A stretch of 64,000 nt of DNA from Escherichia coli (GTDB lineage: Bacteria > Pseudomonadota > Gammaproteobacteria > Enterobacterales > Enterobacteriaceae). A program made the position numbers and the translations under genes. This document shows positions 16,391 through 31,185 of this stretch, in pieces (positions within the stretch are counted from its first letter, which is position 1; each line of letters starts with the position of its first letter). The notes beneath the pieces were generated by a model, which was given only the letters and a program-made list of their open reading frames with translations, did no database searches and was not told where the DNA came from. The stretch lies in assembly GCF_044324875.1 (NCBI RefSeq), contig NZ_CP172185.1; one strand, written 5' to 3'.

Positions 16391-19228
16391 TTGAAATACC
16401 TTGCTTCTTTTCGTACAACCCTGAAAGCCTCGCGCTACATGTTCAGAGCATTGGCGTTAGTGCTCTGGCTGTTGATTGCTTTTTCATCCGTTTTTTACAT
16501 CGTTAATGCGTTACATCAGCGAGAATCGGAAATTCGTCAGGAATTTAATCTGAGTTCCGATCAGGCTCAGCGCTTTATTCAACGCACCTCTGATGTGATG
16601 AAAGAGCTGAAGTACATCGCCGAAAATCGCTTATCGGCAGAAAACGGTGTGCTTTCCCCGCGTGGACGAGAAACGCAGGCGGATGTGCCTGCGTTTGAAC
16701 CGCTGTTTGCCGACTCCGATTGTTCCGCAATGAGTAACACCTGGCGAGGCTCTCTGGAGTCATTGGCGTGGTTTATGCGCTACTGGCGCGATAATTTCTC
16801 TGCAGCTTACGATCTCAACCGGGTATTTTTAATCGGCAGCGATAACCTCTGCATGGCCAATTTCGGTCTGCGTGATATGCCAGTGGAACGCGATACCGCG
16901 TTGAAAGCGTTGCATGAACGCATCAATAAATATCGAAATGCACCACAAGATGATAGCGGCAGTAACCTCTACTGGATCAGCGAAGGTCCGCGCCCTGGCG
17001 TCGGGTATTTTTACGCGTTGACGCCAGTTTATCTGGCGAACCGGTTGCAGGCGCTTTTGGGTGTCGAGCAGACCATCCGGATGGAGAACTTTTTCTTACC
17101 TGGTACGTTGCCGATGGGGGTTACCATTCTTGATGAAAATGGTCATACCCTGATTTCGCTTACCGGACCAGAAAGCAAAATTAAGGGCGATCCTCGCTGG
17201 ATGCAGGAACGCTCCTGGTTTGGCTATACGGAAGGGTTCCGGGAGCTGGTGCTGAAGAAAAATCTGCCACCCTCATCGCTAAGCATCGTGTATTCGGTGC
17301 CGGTTGATAAGGTGCTGGAACGCATTCGCATGTTGATCCTTAACGCAATTTTGCTGAATGTGCTTGCCGGAGCTGCATTGTTTACTCTCGCGCGGATGTA
17401 CGAGCGGCGTATTTTCATTCCGGCGGAAAGCGACGCCTTGCGACTGGAAGAACATGAGCAGTTTAATCGCAAGATTGTCGCCTCCGCGCCAGTGGGTATC
17501 TGCATTTTGCGTACCGCTGATGGCGTCAATATTTTAAGTAACGAACTGGCGCATACCTATCTCAATATGCTTACGCATGAGGATCGCCAACGACTGACGC
17601 AAATTATCTGTGGGCAGCAGGTCAATTTTGTTGATGTCCTGACCAGCAACAATACCAATCTGCAAATCAGCTTCGTCCATTCGCGCTATCGTAATGAAAA
17701 CGTGGCCATTTGTGTGCTGGTGGATGTTTCTTCGCGCGTGAAGATGGAAGAGTCGTTGCAGGAGATGGCACAAGCAGCGGAACAGGCGAGCCAGTCAAAA
17801 TCGATGTTCCTTGCCACCGTCAGTCATGAGCTGCGAACGCCGCTGTATGGCATTATCGGTAACCTGGATCTGTTGCAAACCAAAGAGTTACCGAAAGGCG
17901 TCGATCGTCTGGTGACGGCAATGAACAACTCTTCCAGCCTGTTGTTGAAAATTATCAGCGATATTCTCGATTTCTCGAAGATTGAATCGGAACAGTTGAA
18001 GATCGAACCGCGTGAGTTTTCACCGCGTGAAGTGATGAACCACATCACCGCCAACTATTTACCGCTGGTGGTACGCAAGCAGTTAGGCTTGTACTGCTTT
18101 ATTGAACCGGATGTGCCAGTGGCCTTAAATGGCGACCCGATGCGTTTACAGCAGGTCATCTCCAACCTGTTGAGTAACGCCATAAAATTCACCGATACCG
18201 GCTGTATAGTTTTGCATGTTCGCACTGATGGCGATTATCTCTCTATCCGTGTTCGCGATACCGGCGTGGGGATTCCGGCGAAAGAAGTGGTGCGCTTGTT
18301 TGATCCCTTCTTCCAGGTCGGAACGGGCGTACAGCGTAACTTCCAGGGGACCGGTCTGGGTCTGGCGATTTGTGAAAAACTGATCAGCATGATGGACGGC
18401 GATATCTCGGTAGATTCAGAACCGGGAATGGGTAGCCAGTTTACCGTGCGTATTCCGTTGTACGGCGCTCAGTACCCGCAGAAAAAAGGCGTGGAAGGGT
18501 TGAGTGGTAAACGCTGCTGGCTGGCGGTCCGCAATGCGTCGCTCTGTCAGTTCCTGGAAACCAGTTTGCAGCGCAGCGGCATCGTCGTTACAACATACGA
18601 AGGGCAGGAACCGACTCCCGAAGATGTGTTAATCACTGACGAGGTAGTGAGCAAAAAATGGCAGGGTAGAGCGGTAGTGACCTTCTGTCGTCGCCATATT
18701 GGTATTCCGCTGGAGAAAGCGCCAGGAGAGTGGGTACACAGTGTGGCTGCTCCGCATGAGCTACCGGCATTGTTGGCGCGTATTTATTTGATCGAGATGG
18801 AGAGCGACGATCCTGCTAACGCTCTGCCGTCGACGGACAAAGCGGTCAGCGATAATGACGATATGATGATTCTGGTCGTGGATGATCATCCGATTAACCG
18901 ACGTCTGCTGGCAGATCAGTTGGGATCGTTGGGCTATCAATGTAAAACCGCGAATGATGGCGTCGATGCGCTTAATGTACTTAGCAAGAATCATATTGAT
19001 ATCGTGCTTAGCGACGTCAACATGCCAAATATGGATGGTTACCGCTTGACGCAACGCATTCGTCAGTTGGGACTGACGTTGCCGGTAATCGGAGTAACTG
19101 CTAATGCGTTGGCTGAAGAGAAGCAGCGGTGTCTGGAGTCTGGTATGGACAGCTGCCTGTCGAAGCCGGTAACGCTGGATGTGATAAAACAGACGCTAAC
19201 GGTATATGCCGAGAGGGTCAGGAAATCG

Positions 19229-19240
<12 letters not shown>
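16391..19240 (+). CDS. rcsC: Hybrid sensor kinase RcsC
   Basis: 949 aa; H-box VSHELRTPL, ATP-binding G-boxes, C-terminal receiver (ILVVDDHPINRRL…D). Confidence 0.95.
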
Positions 19241-19434
<194 letters not shown>

Positions 19435-19439
19435 GGTGA

Positions 19440-20090
19440 TTAGTCTTTATCTGCCGGACTTAAGGTCACAGAAGAGAGATAATTCAGCAGAGCAATATCG
19501 TTCTCGACACCCAGCTTCATCATCGCAGATTTCTTCTGGCTACTGATGGTTTTGATACTGCGGTTCAGCTTTTTAGCGATCTCAGTCACCAGGAAACCTT
19601 CCGCAAACAGGCGCAGAACTTCACTCTCTTTTGGCGAGAGACGCTTGTCACCGTAACCACCAGCACTGATTTTTTCCAACAGGCGAGAAACGCTTTCCGG
19701 GGTAAATTTCTTCCCTTTCTGCAGCGCGGCGAGAGCTTTCGGCAGATCGGTCGGTGCACCTTGTTTCAGCACGATCCCTTCGATATCCAGATCCAATACC
19801 GCACTAAGAATCGCCGGGTTGTTGTTCATAGTCAGAACAATGATCGACAGGCTTGGGAAATGGCGCTTGATGTACTTGATTAAGGTAATGCCATCGCCGT
19901 ACTTATCGCCAGGCATGGAGAGATCGGTAATCAACACATGCGCATCCAGTTTCGGCAGGTTGTTGATCAGTGCTGTAGAGTCTTCAAATTCGCCGACAAC
20001 ATTCACCCACTCAATTTGCTCAAGTGATTTGCGAATACCGAACAAGACTATCGGATGGTCATCGGCAATAATTACGTTCATATTGTTCAT
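19440..20090 (-). CDS. rcsB: Response regulator RcsB (LuxR/FixJ family)
   Basis: Start at MNNMNVIIADDHP (216 aa), checked as CAT at 20088-20090; receiver domain plus C-terminal HTH; ORF-track extension to 20135 rejected. Confidence 0.95.
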   Translation of the reverse strand: MNNMNVIIADDHPIVLFGIRKSLEQIEWVNVVGEFEDSTALINNLPKLDAHVLITDLSMPGDKYGDGITLIKYIKRHFPSLSIIVLTMNNNPAILSAVLDLDIEGIVLKQGAPTDLPKALAALQKGKKFTPESVSRLLEKISAGGYGDKRLSPKESEVLRLFAEGFLVTEIAKKLNRSIKTISSQKKSAMMKLGVENDIALLNYLSSVTLSPADKD

Positions 20091-20106
20091 GTAATAGGCT
20101 ACCTTG

Positions 20107-22779
20107 CTACAGCAAGCTCTTGACATAACTGTCAATGTCGCTGATGTATTTTTCTATTCCTGGAACATCCTTCTCACGAATCAGATGTTCCAGCGTTTCA
20201 CATAACTGCTTGCCGGGTACCAGATTTAGCATGGCAAATACGCCTTTAAGACGATGAGCCGTTTGGGCTAACGCAGCAAAGTCACTGGTTGCTGCTTCAG
20301 TATACAGCCTCTTAACATCATCCGGTACTGTGTCTACAAAGAGCGCATAATAGCCGCTGGCATGGAGTTGCGCATTTTCATCTCCGCCCAGAGGCGATTC
20401 TGTCACCTCTTCCTGCGCCAGTTGCACTTCAATTAATTGTAAGACCGCTTCCTGCATAGCGTTGCTCATATTGAAGTTGACGCACAATTGACCAGGCCCA
20501 ATTTCCCGTACGCCAGACTCATCATCGCTTAAAAGCAAGCCAGAGGCAGTAAGATTAGACGGATTATCCGTTAAAAAGATATCATAATCTTGACTAATTA
20601 ATCTTTCATCGGGTGTGATACAGGTTGCACCCCAATTTTCTAACTGGCGAGTGACAATATTCCGAATTTCTGCCGAAGTAACATCCACCATTACGCAGAC
20701 ATCATCCAGTAAACGCTCTTCTTCCTCTTCAACTTCCGGGTCAGCTGCGAGCATTTTGATATGCACAGAGTAGCGTGTACCAAGCCCATCCCGCGTTTTG
20801 ATGTTTAAATGACCGCCCAGTTTACGTGCCAGTTGATCGCTCAGCCAGAATGCCAGCGGGTCCGCCTTGCCATAGCGATCGTTTTGGGTCTGGTTGATAA
20901 ACGGGAAGTGCAAATTATCCATTTCATGAATACTTACGCCTTCTCCCGTGTCCAGAATGCGGAACGTCAGGCGGTCTTCGGAGGACTCATCCTGATCAAC
21001 CTCAAGGGTGATTTTTCCCAATTGCGTTGAGGTCACGGCATATTGCATCAGTAGCAGCAAAATACGTCGTAAGGCATCGCGATCGCCGCGGCGCATATCG
21101 TGTGCTTTCAGATGATTGTTAATCAGCAGTTGCAGACCTTTACGCTTGATGGCAGGCAACACTGAAGGCACAACTTCATCAATCAAATCCTGCACGGAGA
21201 ACAGCACCGTCTCACTTTTCCAGCTATCGTCCGCAAGCATGTTCGCTAACTGTATTTCATCGACCAGCCGCACCAGCACATCTGCCTGATTCGCCAGTTG
21301 TTTGCTTTCCGGGGCGTTGAGTTTAGCCGCGCTCTCCGCCAGGGACTGTGCGGGTTCTTTCAGCGCATCGCCAATGTTTTTCATAAAGGTCATCCGCCCC
21401 TGCTGGTTTTTCTCATACAGACGCTGCGCCTGCTTGAGTTTCTTGTTTACCAGCACTTCGCGATCCTGATCGCGAATAATGAAAATTTGTGTGCGCGGCG
21501 CAACCTGGCTGCGGAACATGCGGATCTCATACAGCTCGTTATTGATCGTCGCCTGAATAATCCCCTGATGCTGTTCCGCCATGGTGGTGATGTTTTGCAG
21601 ATTCAAATGCGGCAGCAAATGATCGGCAATTTTGTTACTTATGACAGTGCGGTTCGATTCCTGATCGTGAACCAGCAGGCCGAGCGGCAGCAGTGAGACT
21701 ATCTCTTCATTGATTGCCCGTAAAATGCGCAATTCGTTATTGACCGCCGAGCTGGGGACGTTTTCTGTACTGCGGCTGGAGAAATGGCGGAATGTGGTAT
21801 AGCCAAATAACGCCAGCGCCAGCAAACCGATATTCAGCAGCAGTGGCAGCAGAATGTTTTGCAACGTATCCAGCAATAAGGTGCCATAAGGTACCTGCCA
21901 GACCAGGCGCATATCGGTAGAGTTGAGTGCGGAGGAGATTTCAATCTTCGTACTGTTAAAGTGGATACTGACGCTATCCGTCCCTTCTTTCTCATTATCA
22001 TTGTTTCCCGTTGCCGTCGCGTCTGGCTCAAGGCGGAAACTGTCCAGCGGCATACCCGGTGGGATCAAATCATTAATCGGCAGATCAAAAGCCACGACCG
22101 TTGCCAGATGTCCTGGCTGGTTAAAGGTAGTACGCAAGGTAAAGTAATGACCGTTCTGCCAGGCCAGGCGGCGCATGTTAGAAAAGCTTTCGCGTTCATC
22201 GAGGGCGTTGGCCTGTTGCAACATCTCTGCACGACGTGAATCAACAATGTCGCTGACGGTCGATTCTTTAAATCCGGAGGTGAGATCTTTGAGGGGCAGG
22301 GTTGAGATCAGCACCAGACTGTTATCCTGACCATTCAGGTAATACATCGACCACGGTACATTTTCTGCGCCCCACAATGTGTCCAGATAGGTGGACATCC
22401 GTTGAGTCATCTCAAGCGTTGAGTTGTCGTGAGAGCCAAAGATTAACGCTTCCGTTTTGCGGCGTGGTTTTTCCAGATAGTAGACATCCTGTTTCAGGCG
22501 CGTCTCTTGTAAACCTTCGCCGGAGGAGGGGGCGGTCGTCGCGGCAATGTTGTCGTAGATCTGCCAGGTCACGTAACGCCAGGTATCGACGCGCTTTTGG
22601 ATAGCGTGGGTAATGTCGACAATCTGGTAACTTTTATCTTTCAGCCAGGCGTTAACGGCGCTTTGTACCATTACACCCATCGTCACCAGTAACACAATGA
22701 TCAACAGTAAAAAGAAGCGGGTAATGCTCCCCGGTAGGAGTGAAAAGCGGGTCGTGGCCGTTGTCTCTTTCTGACGCAT
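20107..22779 (-). CDS. rcsD: Phosphotransfer protein RcsD (YojN)
   Basis: 890 aa; N-terminal transmembrane segments, degenerate kinase-like domain, C-terminal HPt; directly upstream of rcsB. Confidence 0.93.
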   Translation of the reverse strand: MRQKETTATTRFSLLPGSITRFFLLLIIVLLVTMGVMVQSAVNAWLKDKSYQIVDITHAIQKRVDTWRYVTWQIYDNIAATTAPSSGEGLQETRLKQDVYYLEKPRRKTEALIFGSHDNSTLEMTQRMSTYLDTLWGAENVPWSMYYLNGQDNSLVLISTLPLKDLTSGFKESTVSDIVDSRRAEMLQQANALDERESFSNMRRLAWQNGHYFTLRTTFNQPGHLATVVAFDLPINDLIPPGMPLDSFRLEPDATATGNNDNEKEGTDSVSIHFNSTKIEISSALNSTDMRLVWQVPYGTLLLDTLQNILLPLLLNIGLLALALFGYTTFRHFSSRSTENVPSSAVNNELRILRAINEEIVSLLPLGLLVHDQESNRTVISNKIADHLLPHLNLQNITTMAEQHQGIIQATINNELYEIRMFRSQVAPRTQIFIIRDQDREVLVNKKLKQAQRLYEKNQQGRMTFMKNIGDALKEPAQSLAESAAKLNAPESKQLANQADVLVRLVDEIQLANMLADDSWKSETVLFSVQDLIDEVVPSVLPAIKRKGLQLLINNHLKAHDMRRGDRDALRRILLLLMQYAVTSTQLGKITLEVDQDESSEDRLTFRILDTGEGVSIHEMDNLHFPFINQTQNDRYGKADPLAFWLSDQLARKLGGHLNIKTRDGLGTRYSVHIKMLAADPEVEEEEERLLDDVCVMVDVTSAEIRNIVTRQLENWGATCITPDERLISQDYDIFLTDNPSNLTASGLLLSDDESGVREIGPGQLCVNFNMSNAMQEAVLQLIEVQLAQEEVTESPLGGDENAQLHASGYYALFVDTVPDDVKRLYTEAATSDFAALAQTAHRLKGVFAMLNLVPGKQLCETLEHLIREKDVPGIEKYISDIDSYVKSLL

Positions 22780-23090
22780 TCGTGTTTATGACCTGTTAAA
22801 ACTTCGCGAAGTGATAGGGCAGTATAAAGGGTACAGTGTGAAATTCCAGACTCTTACCTGATTGATGATTCTCTATTCTCCCGTGATATTTATCATCCTG
22901 CATTGGGGGAAATAGATGTACAAGCGCCATTTTGCTGTACAAATAACCTACAAAAAGCCCAACGAAATTAATTGCAAATAAACGAAGATTGCTGGAAATT
23001 ATGCTGATGTTAATTATTTGTGAAATAGTTAACAAGCGTTATAGTTTTTCTGTGGTAGCACAGAATAATGAAAAGTGTGTAAAGAAGGGT

Positions 23091-23183
23091 AAAAAAAACC
23101 GGATGCGAGGCATCCGGTTGAAATAGGGGTAAACAGACATTCAGAAATGAATGACGGTAATAAATAAAGTTAATGATGATAGC
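23091..23183 (-). ncRNA. micF: MicF antisense sRNA
   Basis: Reverse complement reads GCTATCATCATTAACTTTATTTATTACCGTCATTCATTTCTGAATGTCTGTTTACCCCTATTTCAACCGGATGCCTCGCATCCGGTTTTTTTT, ending in a hairpin plus T-run; divergent from ompC. Confidence 0.9.
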
Positions 23184-23338
23184 GGGAGTTATTCTAGTTG
23201 CGAGTGAAGGTTTTGTTTTGACATTCAGTGCTGTCAAATACTTAAGAATAAGTTATTGATTTTAACCTTGAATTATTATTGCTTGATGTTAGGTGCTTAT
23301 TTCGCCATTCCGCAATAATCTTAAAAAGTTCCCTTCTA

Positions 23339-23398
23339 TTTACATTTTGAAACATCTATAGCGATAAATGAAACATCTTAAAAGTTTTAGTATCATAT
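23339..23398 (+). promoter_or_regulatory. OmpR binding boxes C1-C3 of the ompC promoter
   Basis: Three tandem 20-bp units tttacattttgaaacatcta / tagcgataaatgaaacatct / taaaagttttagtatcatat, just upstream of a candidate -35 (ttggat) and -10. Confidence 0.8.
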
Positions 23399-23502
23399 TC
23401 GTGTTGGATTATTCTGCATTTTTGGGGAGAATGGACTTGCCGACTGATTAATGAGGGTTAATCAGTATGCAGTGGCATAAAAAAGCAAATAAAGGCATAT
23501 AA

Positions 23503-24645
<1,143 letters not shown>

Positions 24646-24663
24646 TCTCGATTGATATCGAAC

Positions 24664-24687
24664 AAAGGGCCTGCGGGCCCTTTTTTC
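24664..24687 (+). terminator. ompC intrinsic terminator
   Basis: gggcctgcgggccc hairpin followed by TTTTTT. Confidence 0.8.
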
Positions 24688-24756
24688 ATTGTTTTCAGCG
24701 TACAAACACAGTTTTTTGGTGTACTCTTGCGACCGTTCGCATGAGGATAATCACGT

Positions 24757-25812
24757 ATGGAAATAAGCTTTACCCGCGTGGCACTGCTGGCTGCCGCGCT
24801 CTTCTTTGTTGGTTGCGATCAAAAACCACAACCCGCCAAAACCCACGCTACTGAAGTTACCGTTCTTGAAGGCAAAACCATGGGTACCTTCTGGCGTGCC
24901 AGCATTCCGGGCATTGACGCCAAACGCAGTACCGAACTTAAAGAAAAGATTCAGACCCAGCTGGACGCTGACGATCAGCTGCTTTCGACCTATAAAAAAG
25001 ATTCCGCGCTGATGCGATTTAACGACTCGCAAAGTTTATCGCCGTGGCCGGTAAGTGAAGCGATGGCCGATATCGTCACTACCTCGCTGCGCATTGGCGC
25101 AAGGACCGATGGTGCGATGGATATAACCGTCGGGCCGCTGGTGAATCTGTGGGGCTTTGGCCCGGAACAACAGCCGGTTCAAATTCCGAGCCAGGAACAA
25201 ATTGATGCGATGAAAGCCAAAACCGGCTTACAGCACCTGACGGTCATTAATCAGTCGCATCAGCAATATCTGCAAAAAGACCTGCCGGATTTATATGTCG
25301 ATCTCTCTACCGTCGGTGAAGGTTATGCGGCGGATCACCTGGCACGCTTGATAGAGCAGGAAGGGATTTCCCGCTATCTGGTGTCGGTGGGCGGCGCGCT
25401 GAACAGCCGTGGTATGAACGGTGAAGGCCAGCCGTGGCGGGTAGCGATTCAAAAACCAACCGATAAAGAAAACGCAGTTCAGGCCGTGGTGGATATCAAC
25501 GGTCATGGCATTAGCACCTCTGGCAGCTACCGTAACTATTACGAACTGGATGGCAAACGTCTTTCTCATGTTATCGATCCGCAAACCGGGCGTCCCATCG
25601 AACACAATCTGGTATCCGTGACGGTGATTGCCCCGACGGCGCTGGTAGCCGATGCCTGGGATACTGGCTTGATGGTACTGGGGCCGGAGAAAGCCAAAGA
25701 GGTTGTTCGTCGGGAAGGGCTGGCGGTTTATATGATCACCAAAGAGGGCGATAGTTTTAAAACCTGGATGTCGCCGCAGTTTAAAAGCTTCCTTATCAGC
25801 GAAAAAAATTAA
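24757..25812 (+). CDS. apbE: FAD:protein FMN transferase (ApbE family lipoprotein)
   Basis: 351 aa; lipobox-like LFFVGC after signal peptide; ApbE-family fold. Confidence 0.9.
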   Translation: MEISFTRVALLAAALFFVGCDQKPQPAKTHATEVTVLEGKTMGTFWRASIPGIDAKRSTELKEKIQTQLDADDQLLSTYKKDSALMRFNDSQSLSPWPVSEAMADIVTTSLRIGARTDGAMDITVGPLVNLWGFGPEQQPVQIPSQEQIDAMKAKTGLQHLTVINQSHQQYLQKDLPDLYVDLSTVGEGYAADHLARLIEQEGISRYLVSVGGALNSRGMNGEGQPWRVAIQKPTDKENAVQAVVDINGHGISTSGSYRNYYELDGKRLSHVIDPQTGRPIEHNLVSVTVIAPTALVADAWDTGLMVLGPEKAKEVVRREGLAVYMITKEGDSFKTWMSPQFKSFLISEKN

Positions 25813-25885
25813 AGCGCAAGATTGTTGGTTTTTGCGCGATGGTGACCGGGCAGACTAAAGGCTATCCTTAACCAGGGAGCTGATT

Positions 25886-26950
25886 ATGAAAAACGCCACA
25901 TGCTTAACTGACGATCAACGCTGGCAATCTGTCTTAGCCCGCGACCCGAATGCCGACGGCGAATTCGTTTTCGCCGTGCGCACCACAGGCATCTTTTGCC
26001 GTCCGTCTTGCCGCGCCAGACATGCTTTGCGGGAAAACGTCTCCTTCTACGCAAATGCCAGTGAGGCACTCACCGCCGGATTTCGCCCCTGCAAACGCTG
26101 CCAACCCGATAAAGCCAATGCCCAGCAACATCGGTTGGATAAAATCACCCACGCCTGCCGACTGCTGGAACAGGAAACGCCTGTAACGCTGGAAACCTTA
26201 GCCGACCAGGTGGCGATGAGCCCGTTCCATCTGCATCGGTTGTTTAAAGCGACTACCGGAATGACGCCGAAAGCCTGGCAACAGGCCTGGCGCGCTCGCC
26301 GTTTGCGCGAATCGCTGGCGAAAGGGGAGAGCGTGACTACATCTATTCTTAACGCCGGATTTCCCGACAGCAGCAGTTACTACCGCAAAGCCGACGAAAC
26401 GCTGGGCATGACGGCTAAACAATTCCGTCACGGTGGCGAAAATCTGGCGGTGCGTTACGCGCTGGCTGATTGTGAGCTGGGCCGTTGCCTGGTGGCAGAA
26501 AGCGAGCGGGGGATTTGCGCGATATTGCTGGGCGATGATGACGCGACATTAATCAGCGAGTTGCAGCAGATGTTTCCCGCTGCCGACAACGCGCCTGCCG
26601 ATTTGACGTTTCAACAACATGTGCGTGAAGTGATCGCCAGCCTCAATCAACGCGATACGCCGCTGACGTTACCGCTGGACATTCGCGGCACTGCTTTTCA
26701 GCAACAAGTCTGGCAGGCACTGCGCACGATACCTTGCGGTGAAACCGTCAGTTATCAGCAACTGGCGAACGCCATCGGCAAACCGAAAGCGGTACGGGCC
26801 GTTGCCAGCGCCTGTGCCGCCAACAAGCTGGCTATCATAATACCCTGTCATCGGGTGGTCCGTGGTGATGGCACACTTTCCGGTTACCGCTGGGGCGTGT
26901 CGCGTAAAGCGCAACTGCTGCGCCGCGAAGCTGAGAATGAGGAGAGGTAA
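25886..26950 (+). CDS. ada: Bifunctional transcriptional activator / O6-methylguanine-DNA methyltransferase Ada
   Basis: 354 aa; N-terminal Cys4 cluster (CRPSCRARH…CKRCQPDK), AraC-type HTH, C-terminal PCHRV active site. Confidence 0.95.
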   Translation: MKNATCLTDDQRWQSVLARDPNADGEFVFAVRTTGIFCRPSCRARHALRENVSFYANASEALTAGFRPCKRCQPDKANAQQHRLDKITHACRLLEQETPVTLETLADQVAMSPFHLHRLFKATTGMTPKAWQQAWRARRLRESLAKGESVTTSILNAGFPDSSSYYRKADETLGMTAKQFRHGGENLAVRYALADCELGRCLVAESERGICAILLGDDDATLISELQQMFPAADNAPADLTFQQHVREVIASLNQRDTPLTLPLDIRGTAFQQQVWQALRTIPCGETVSYQQLANAIGKPKAVRAVASACAANKLAIIIPCHRVVRGDGTLSGYRWGVSRKAQLLRREAENEER

Positions 26951-27600
26951 TGTTGGATCTGTTTGCCGATGCTGAACCGTGGCAAGAGCCACTGGCGGCT
27001 GGTGCGGTAATTTTACGGCGTTTTGCTTTTAACGCTGCGGAGCAACTGATCCGCGATATTAATGACGTTGCCAGCCAGTCGCCGTTTCGCCAGATGGTCA
27101 CCCCCGGCGGATATACCATGTCGGTGGCGATGACCAACAGTGGGCATCTGGGCTGGACGACCCATCGGCAAGGTTATCTCTATTCGCCCATTGATCCGCA
27201 AACAAATAAACCGTGGCCCGCCATGCCACAAAGCTTTCATGATTTATGTCAACGTGCGGCTACGGCGGCGGGCTATCCAGATTTCCAGCCAGATGCTTGT
27301 CTTATCAACCGCTACGCTCCTGGCGCGAAACTGTCGCTGCATCAGGATAAAGACGAACCGGATCTGCGCGCGCCGATTGTTTCTGTTTCTCTGGGCTTAC
27401 CCGCAATTTTTCAATTTGGCGGCCTGAAACGAAATGATCCGCTAAAACGTTTGTTGTTGGAACATGGCGATGTGGTGGTATGGGGCGGTGAATCGCGGCT
27501 GTTTTATCATGGCATTCAACCGTTGAAAGCGGGGTTTCATCCACTCACCACCGACTGCCGCTACAACCTGACATTCCGTCAGGCAGGTAAAAAAGAATAA
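26950..27600 (+). CDS. alkB: Alpha-ketoglutarate/Fe(II)-dependent DNA/RNA demethylase AlkB
   Basis: 216 aa; HxD motif (LHQDKDEPD); TAATG overlap with ada stop. Confidence 0.95.
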   Translation: MLDLFADAEPWQEPLAAGAVILRRFAFNAAEQLIRDINDVASQSPFRQMVTPGGYTMSVAMTNSGHLGWTTHRQGYLYSPIDPQTNKPWPAMPQSFHDLCQRAATAAGYPDFQPDACLINRYAPGAKLSLHQDKDEPDLRAPIVSVSLGLPAIFQFGGLKRNDPLKRLLLEHGDVVVWGGESRLFYHGIQPLKAGFHPLTTDCRYNLTFRQAGKKE

Positions 27601-27675
27601 AAATAAGAATTATTATTGCTGTGCGCGCGAAGATGTTTAAACTGCGGGCTGTAATTCATTGTCCGGGTTTTCTGC

Positions 27676-29319
27676 ATGGAACTTCTTGTACTTGTCTGGC
27701 GGCAGTATCGCTGGCCATTTATCAGTGTGATGGCGCTAAGCCTCGCCAGTGCGGCTTTAGGCATTGGCTTAATTGCTTTTATCAATCAGCGCCTTATCGA
27801 AACGGCGGATACCAGTCTGCTGGTGTTGCCGGAGTTTCTGGGATTATTGCTGCTGTTGATGGCAGTCACTCTCGGATCGCAACTGGCGCTCACCACTTTG
27901 GGGCATCACTTCGTTTACCGACTGCGTAGTGAATTTATCAAGCGGATTCTCGATACTCACGTCGAGCGCATTGAACAACTCGGTAGCGCCTCGTTGCTGG
28001 CGGGATTAACCAGCGATGTGCGCAATATCACCATTGCTTTTGTGCGTCTGCCGGAACTGGTGCAGGGGATCATCCTCACTATCGGTTCCGCGGCGTACTT
28101 GTGGATGCTGTCGGGCAAAATGTTGCTGGTAACGGCTATCTGGATGGCAGTCACCATCTGGGGCGGTTTTATACTGGTGGCGCGGGTGTACAAACATATG
28201 GCGACCCTGCGTGAAACCGAAGATAAGCTGTACACGGATTTTCAAACCGTACTCGAAGGGCGCAAAGAGCTGACTCTGAACCGTGAACGCGCCGAGTATG
28301 TGTTTAACAACCTCTACATTCCTGATGCGCAAGAGTATCGCCATCATATTATCCGCGCAGACACCTTCCATCTTAGTGCCGTGAACTGGTCAAACATCAT
28401 GATGCTGGGCGCAATCGGCCTGGTGTTCTGGATGGCGAACAGTCTCGGTTGGGCTGATACCAACGTTGCCGCGACCTATTCGTTGACGCTGTTATTCCTG
28501 CGTACGCCGCTGCTTTCGGCGGTTGGCGCATTACCGACGCTGCTGACGGCGCAGGTGGCGTTTAACAAGCTGAACAAATTCGCGCTCGCACCTTTCAAAG
28601 CAGAGTTTCCACGCCCGCAGGCGTTTCCCAACTGGCAAACGCTGGAGCTGCGTAACGTGACGTTTGCTTATCAGGATAATGCGTTTTCCGTTGGGCCGAT
28701 TAACCTCACCATTAAACGTGGCGAGCTGCTGTTTCTGATTGGTGGCAACGGTAGTGGAAAATCGACGCTGGCGATGTTGCTGACGGGCTTGTATCAGCCA
28801 CAAAGCGGCGAAATCTTGCTGGATGGCAAACCTGTCAGCGGCGAACAACCGGAAGATTATCGCAAACTGTTTTCGGCAGTGTTTACCGATGTCTGGCTGT
28901 TCGATCAACTGCTGGGGCCGGAGGGTCAACCCGCTAACCCGCAACTGATTGAGAAGTGGCTGGCGCAACTGAAAATGGCTCATAAGCTTGAGTTAAGTAA
29001 CGGGCGTATTGTTAACCTGAAGTTATCGAAAGGGCAGAAAAAACGCGTGGCGCTGTTGCTGGCGCTGGCAGAAGAACGCGATATTATCCTGCTGGATGAA
29101 TGGGCGGCGGATCAGGACCCACACTTCCGTCGTGAGTTTTATCAGGTGCTGCTGCCGCTGATGCAGGAGATGGGTAAAACGATTTTCGCCATCAGTCATG
29201 ATGATCATTACTTTATCCACGCTGACCGCCTGCTGGAAATGCGCAACGGGCTACTTAGCGAGCTGACAGGCGAAGAGCGCGATGCTGCTTCGCGTGATGC
29301 CGTTGCCCGGACGGCATAA
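27676..29319 (+). CDS. yojI: ABC transporter, fused permease/ATPase (microcin J25 efflux, YojI)
   Basis: 547 aa; N-terminal transmembrane domain, Walker [10 protein letters not shown], signature LSKGQKKR, Walker B ILLLDE. Confidence 0.9.
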   Translation: MELLVLVWRQYRWPFISVMALSLASAALGIGLIAFINQRLIETADTSLLVLPEFLGLLLLLMAVTLGSQLALTTLGHHFVYRLRSEFIKRILDTHVERIEQLGSASLLAGLTSDVRNITIAFVRLPELVQGIILTIGSAAYLWMLSGKMLLVTAIWMAVTIWGGFILVARVYKHMATLRETEDKLYTDFQTVLEGRKELTLNRERAEYVFNNLYIPDAQEYRHHIIRADTFHLSAVNWSNIMMLGAIGLVFWMANSLGWADTNVAATYSLTLLFLRTPLLSAVGALPTLLTAQVAFNKLNKFALAPFKAEFPRPQAFPNWQTLELRNVTFAYQDNAFSVGPINLTIKRGELLFLIGGNGSGKSTLAMLLTGLYQPQSGEILLDGKPVSGEQPEDYRKLFSAVFTDVWLFDQLLGPEGQPANPQLIEKWLAQLKMAHKLELSNGRIVNLKLSKGQKKRVALLLALAEERDIILLDEWAADQDPHFRREFYQVLLPLMQEMGKTIFAISHDDHYFIHADRLLEMRNGLLSELTGEERDAASRDAVARTA

Positions 29320-29524
29320 TATTTCGACGCTGACCTGGCGGACTGCTGCTGCCAGGTCAATATTCTAAAAATCCCTTCGTTTCTAATAACCCTATAATTA
29401 ATCAACGAAATTATAATGTTTCTAAAAATAGAATATAATTTATAAACATTATTTAAATGTTGTTACTTAAGTGTTACCGTTGATGCCGCGCAAATCTCAC
29501 CTGCAATAAAGCGACTAAAAGTAA

Positions 29525-31183
<1,659 letters not shown>

Positions 31184-31185
31184 TG

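Noticed and set aside
19440-20135. ORF-track N-terminal extensions (rcsB 231 aa, napB 156 aa, ccmC 253 aa, narP 225 aa, rplY 126 aa, rsuA 263 aa, yejF 545 aa, atoS 612 aa, yfaT 216 aa)
   Set aside because: The longest-ORF starts run upstream of the recognised protein N-termini and often into the neighbouring gene. Internal ATGs with RBS-like context and correct protein length were used instead.
22796-23237. Small ORFs (79 aa and 75 aa, minus strand) in the rcsD-micF-ompC regulatory region
   Set aside because: They lie in AT-rich promoter DNA and overlap micF and the OmpR-binding region; low-complexity Ile/Asn/Phe-rich translations typical of AT-rich non-coding sequence.
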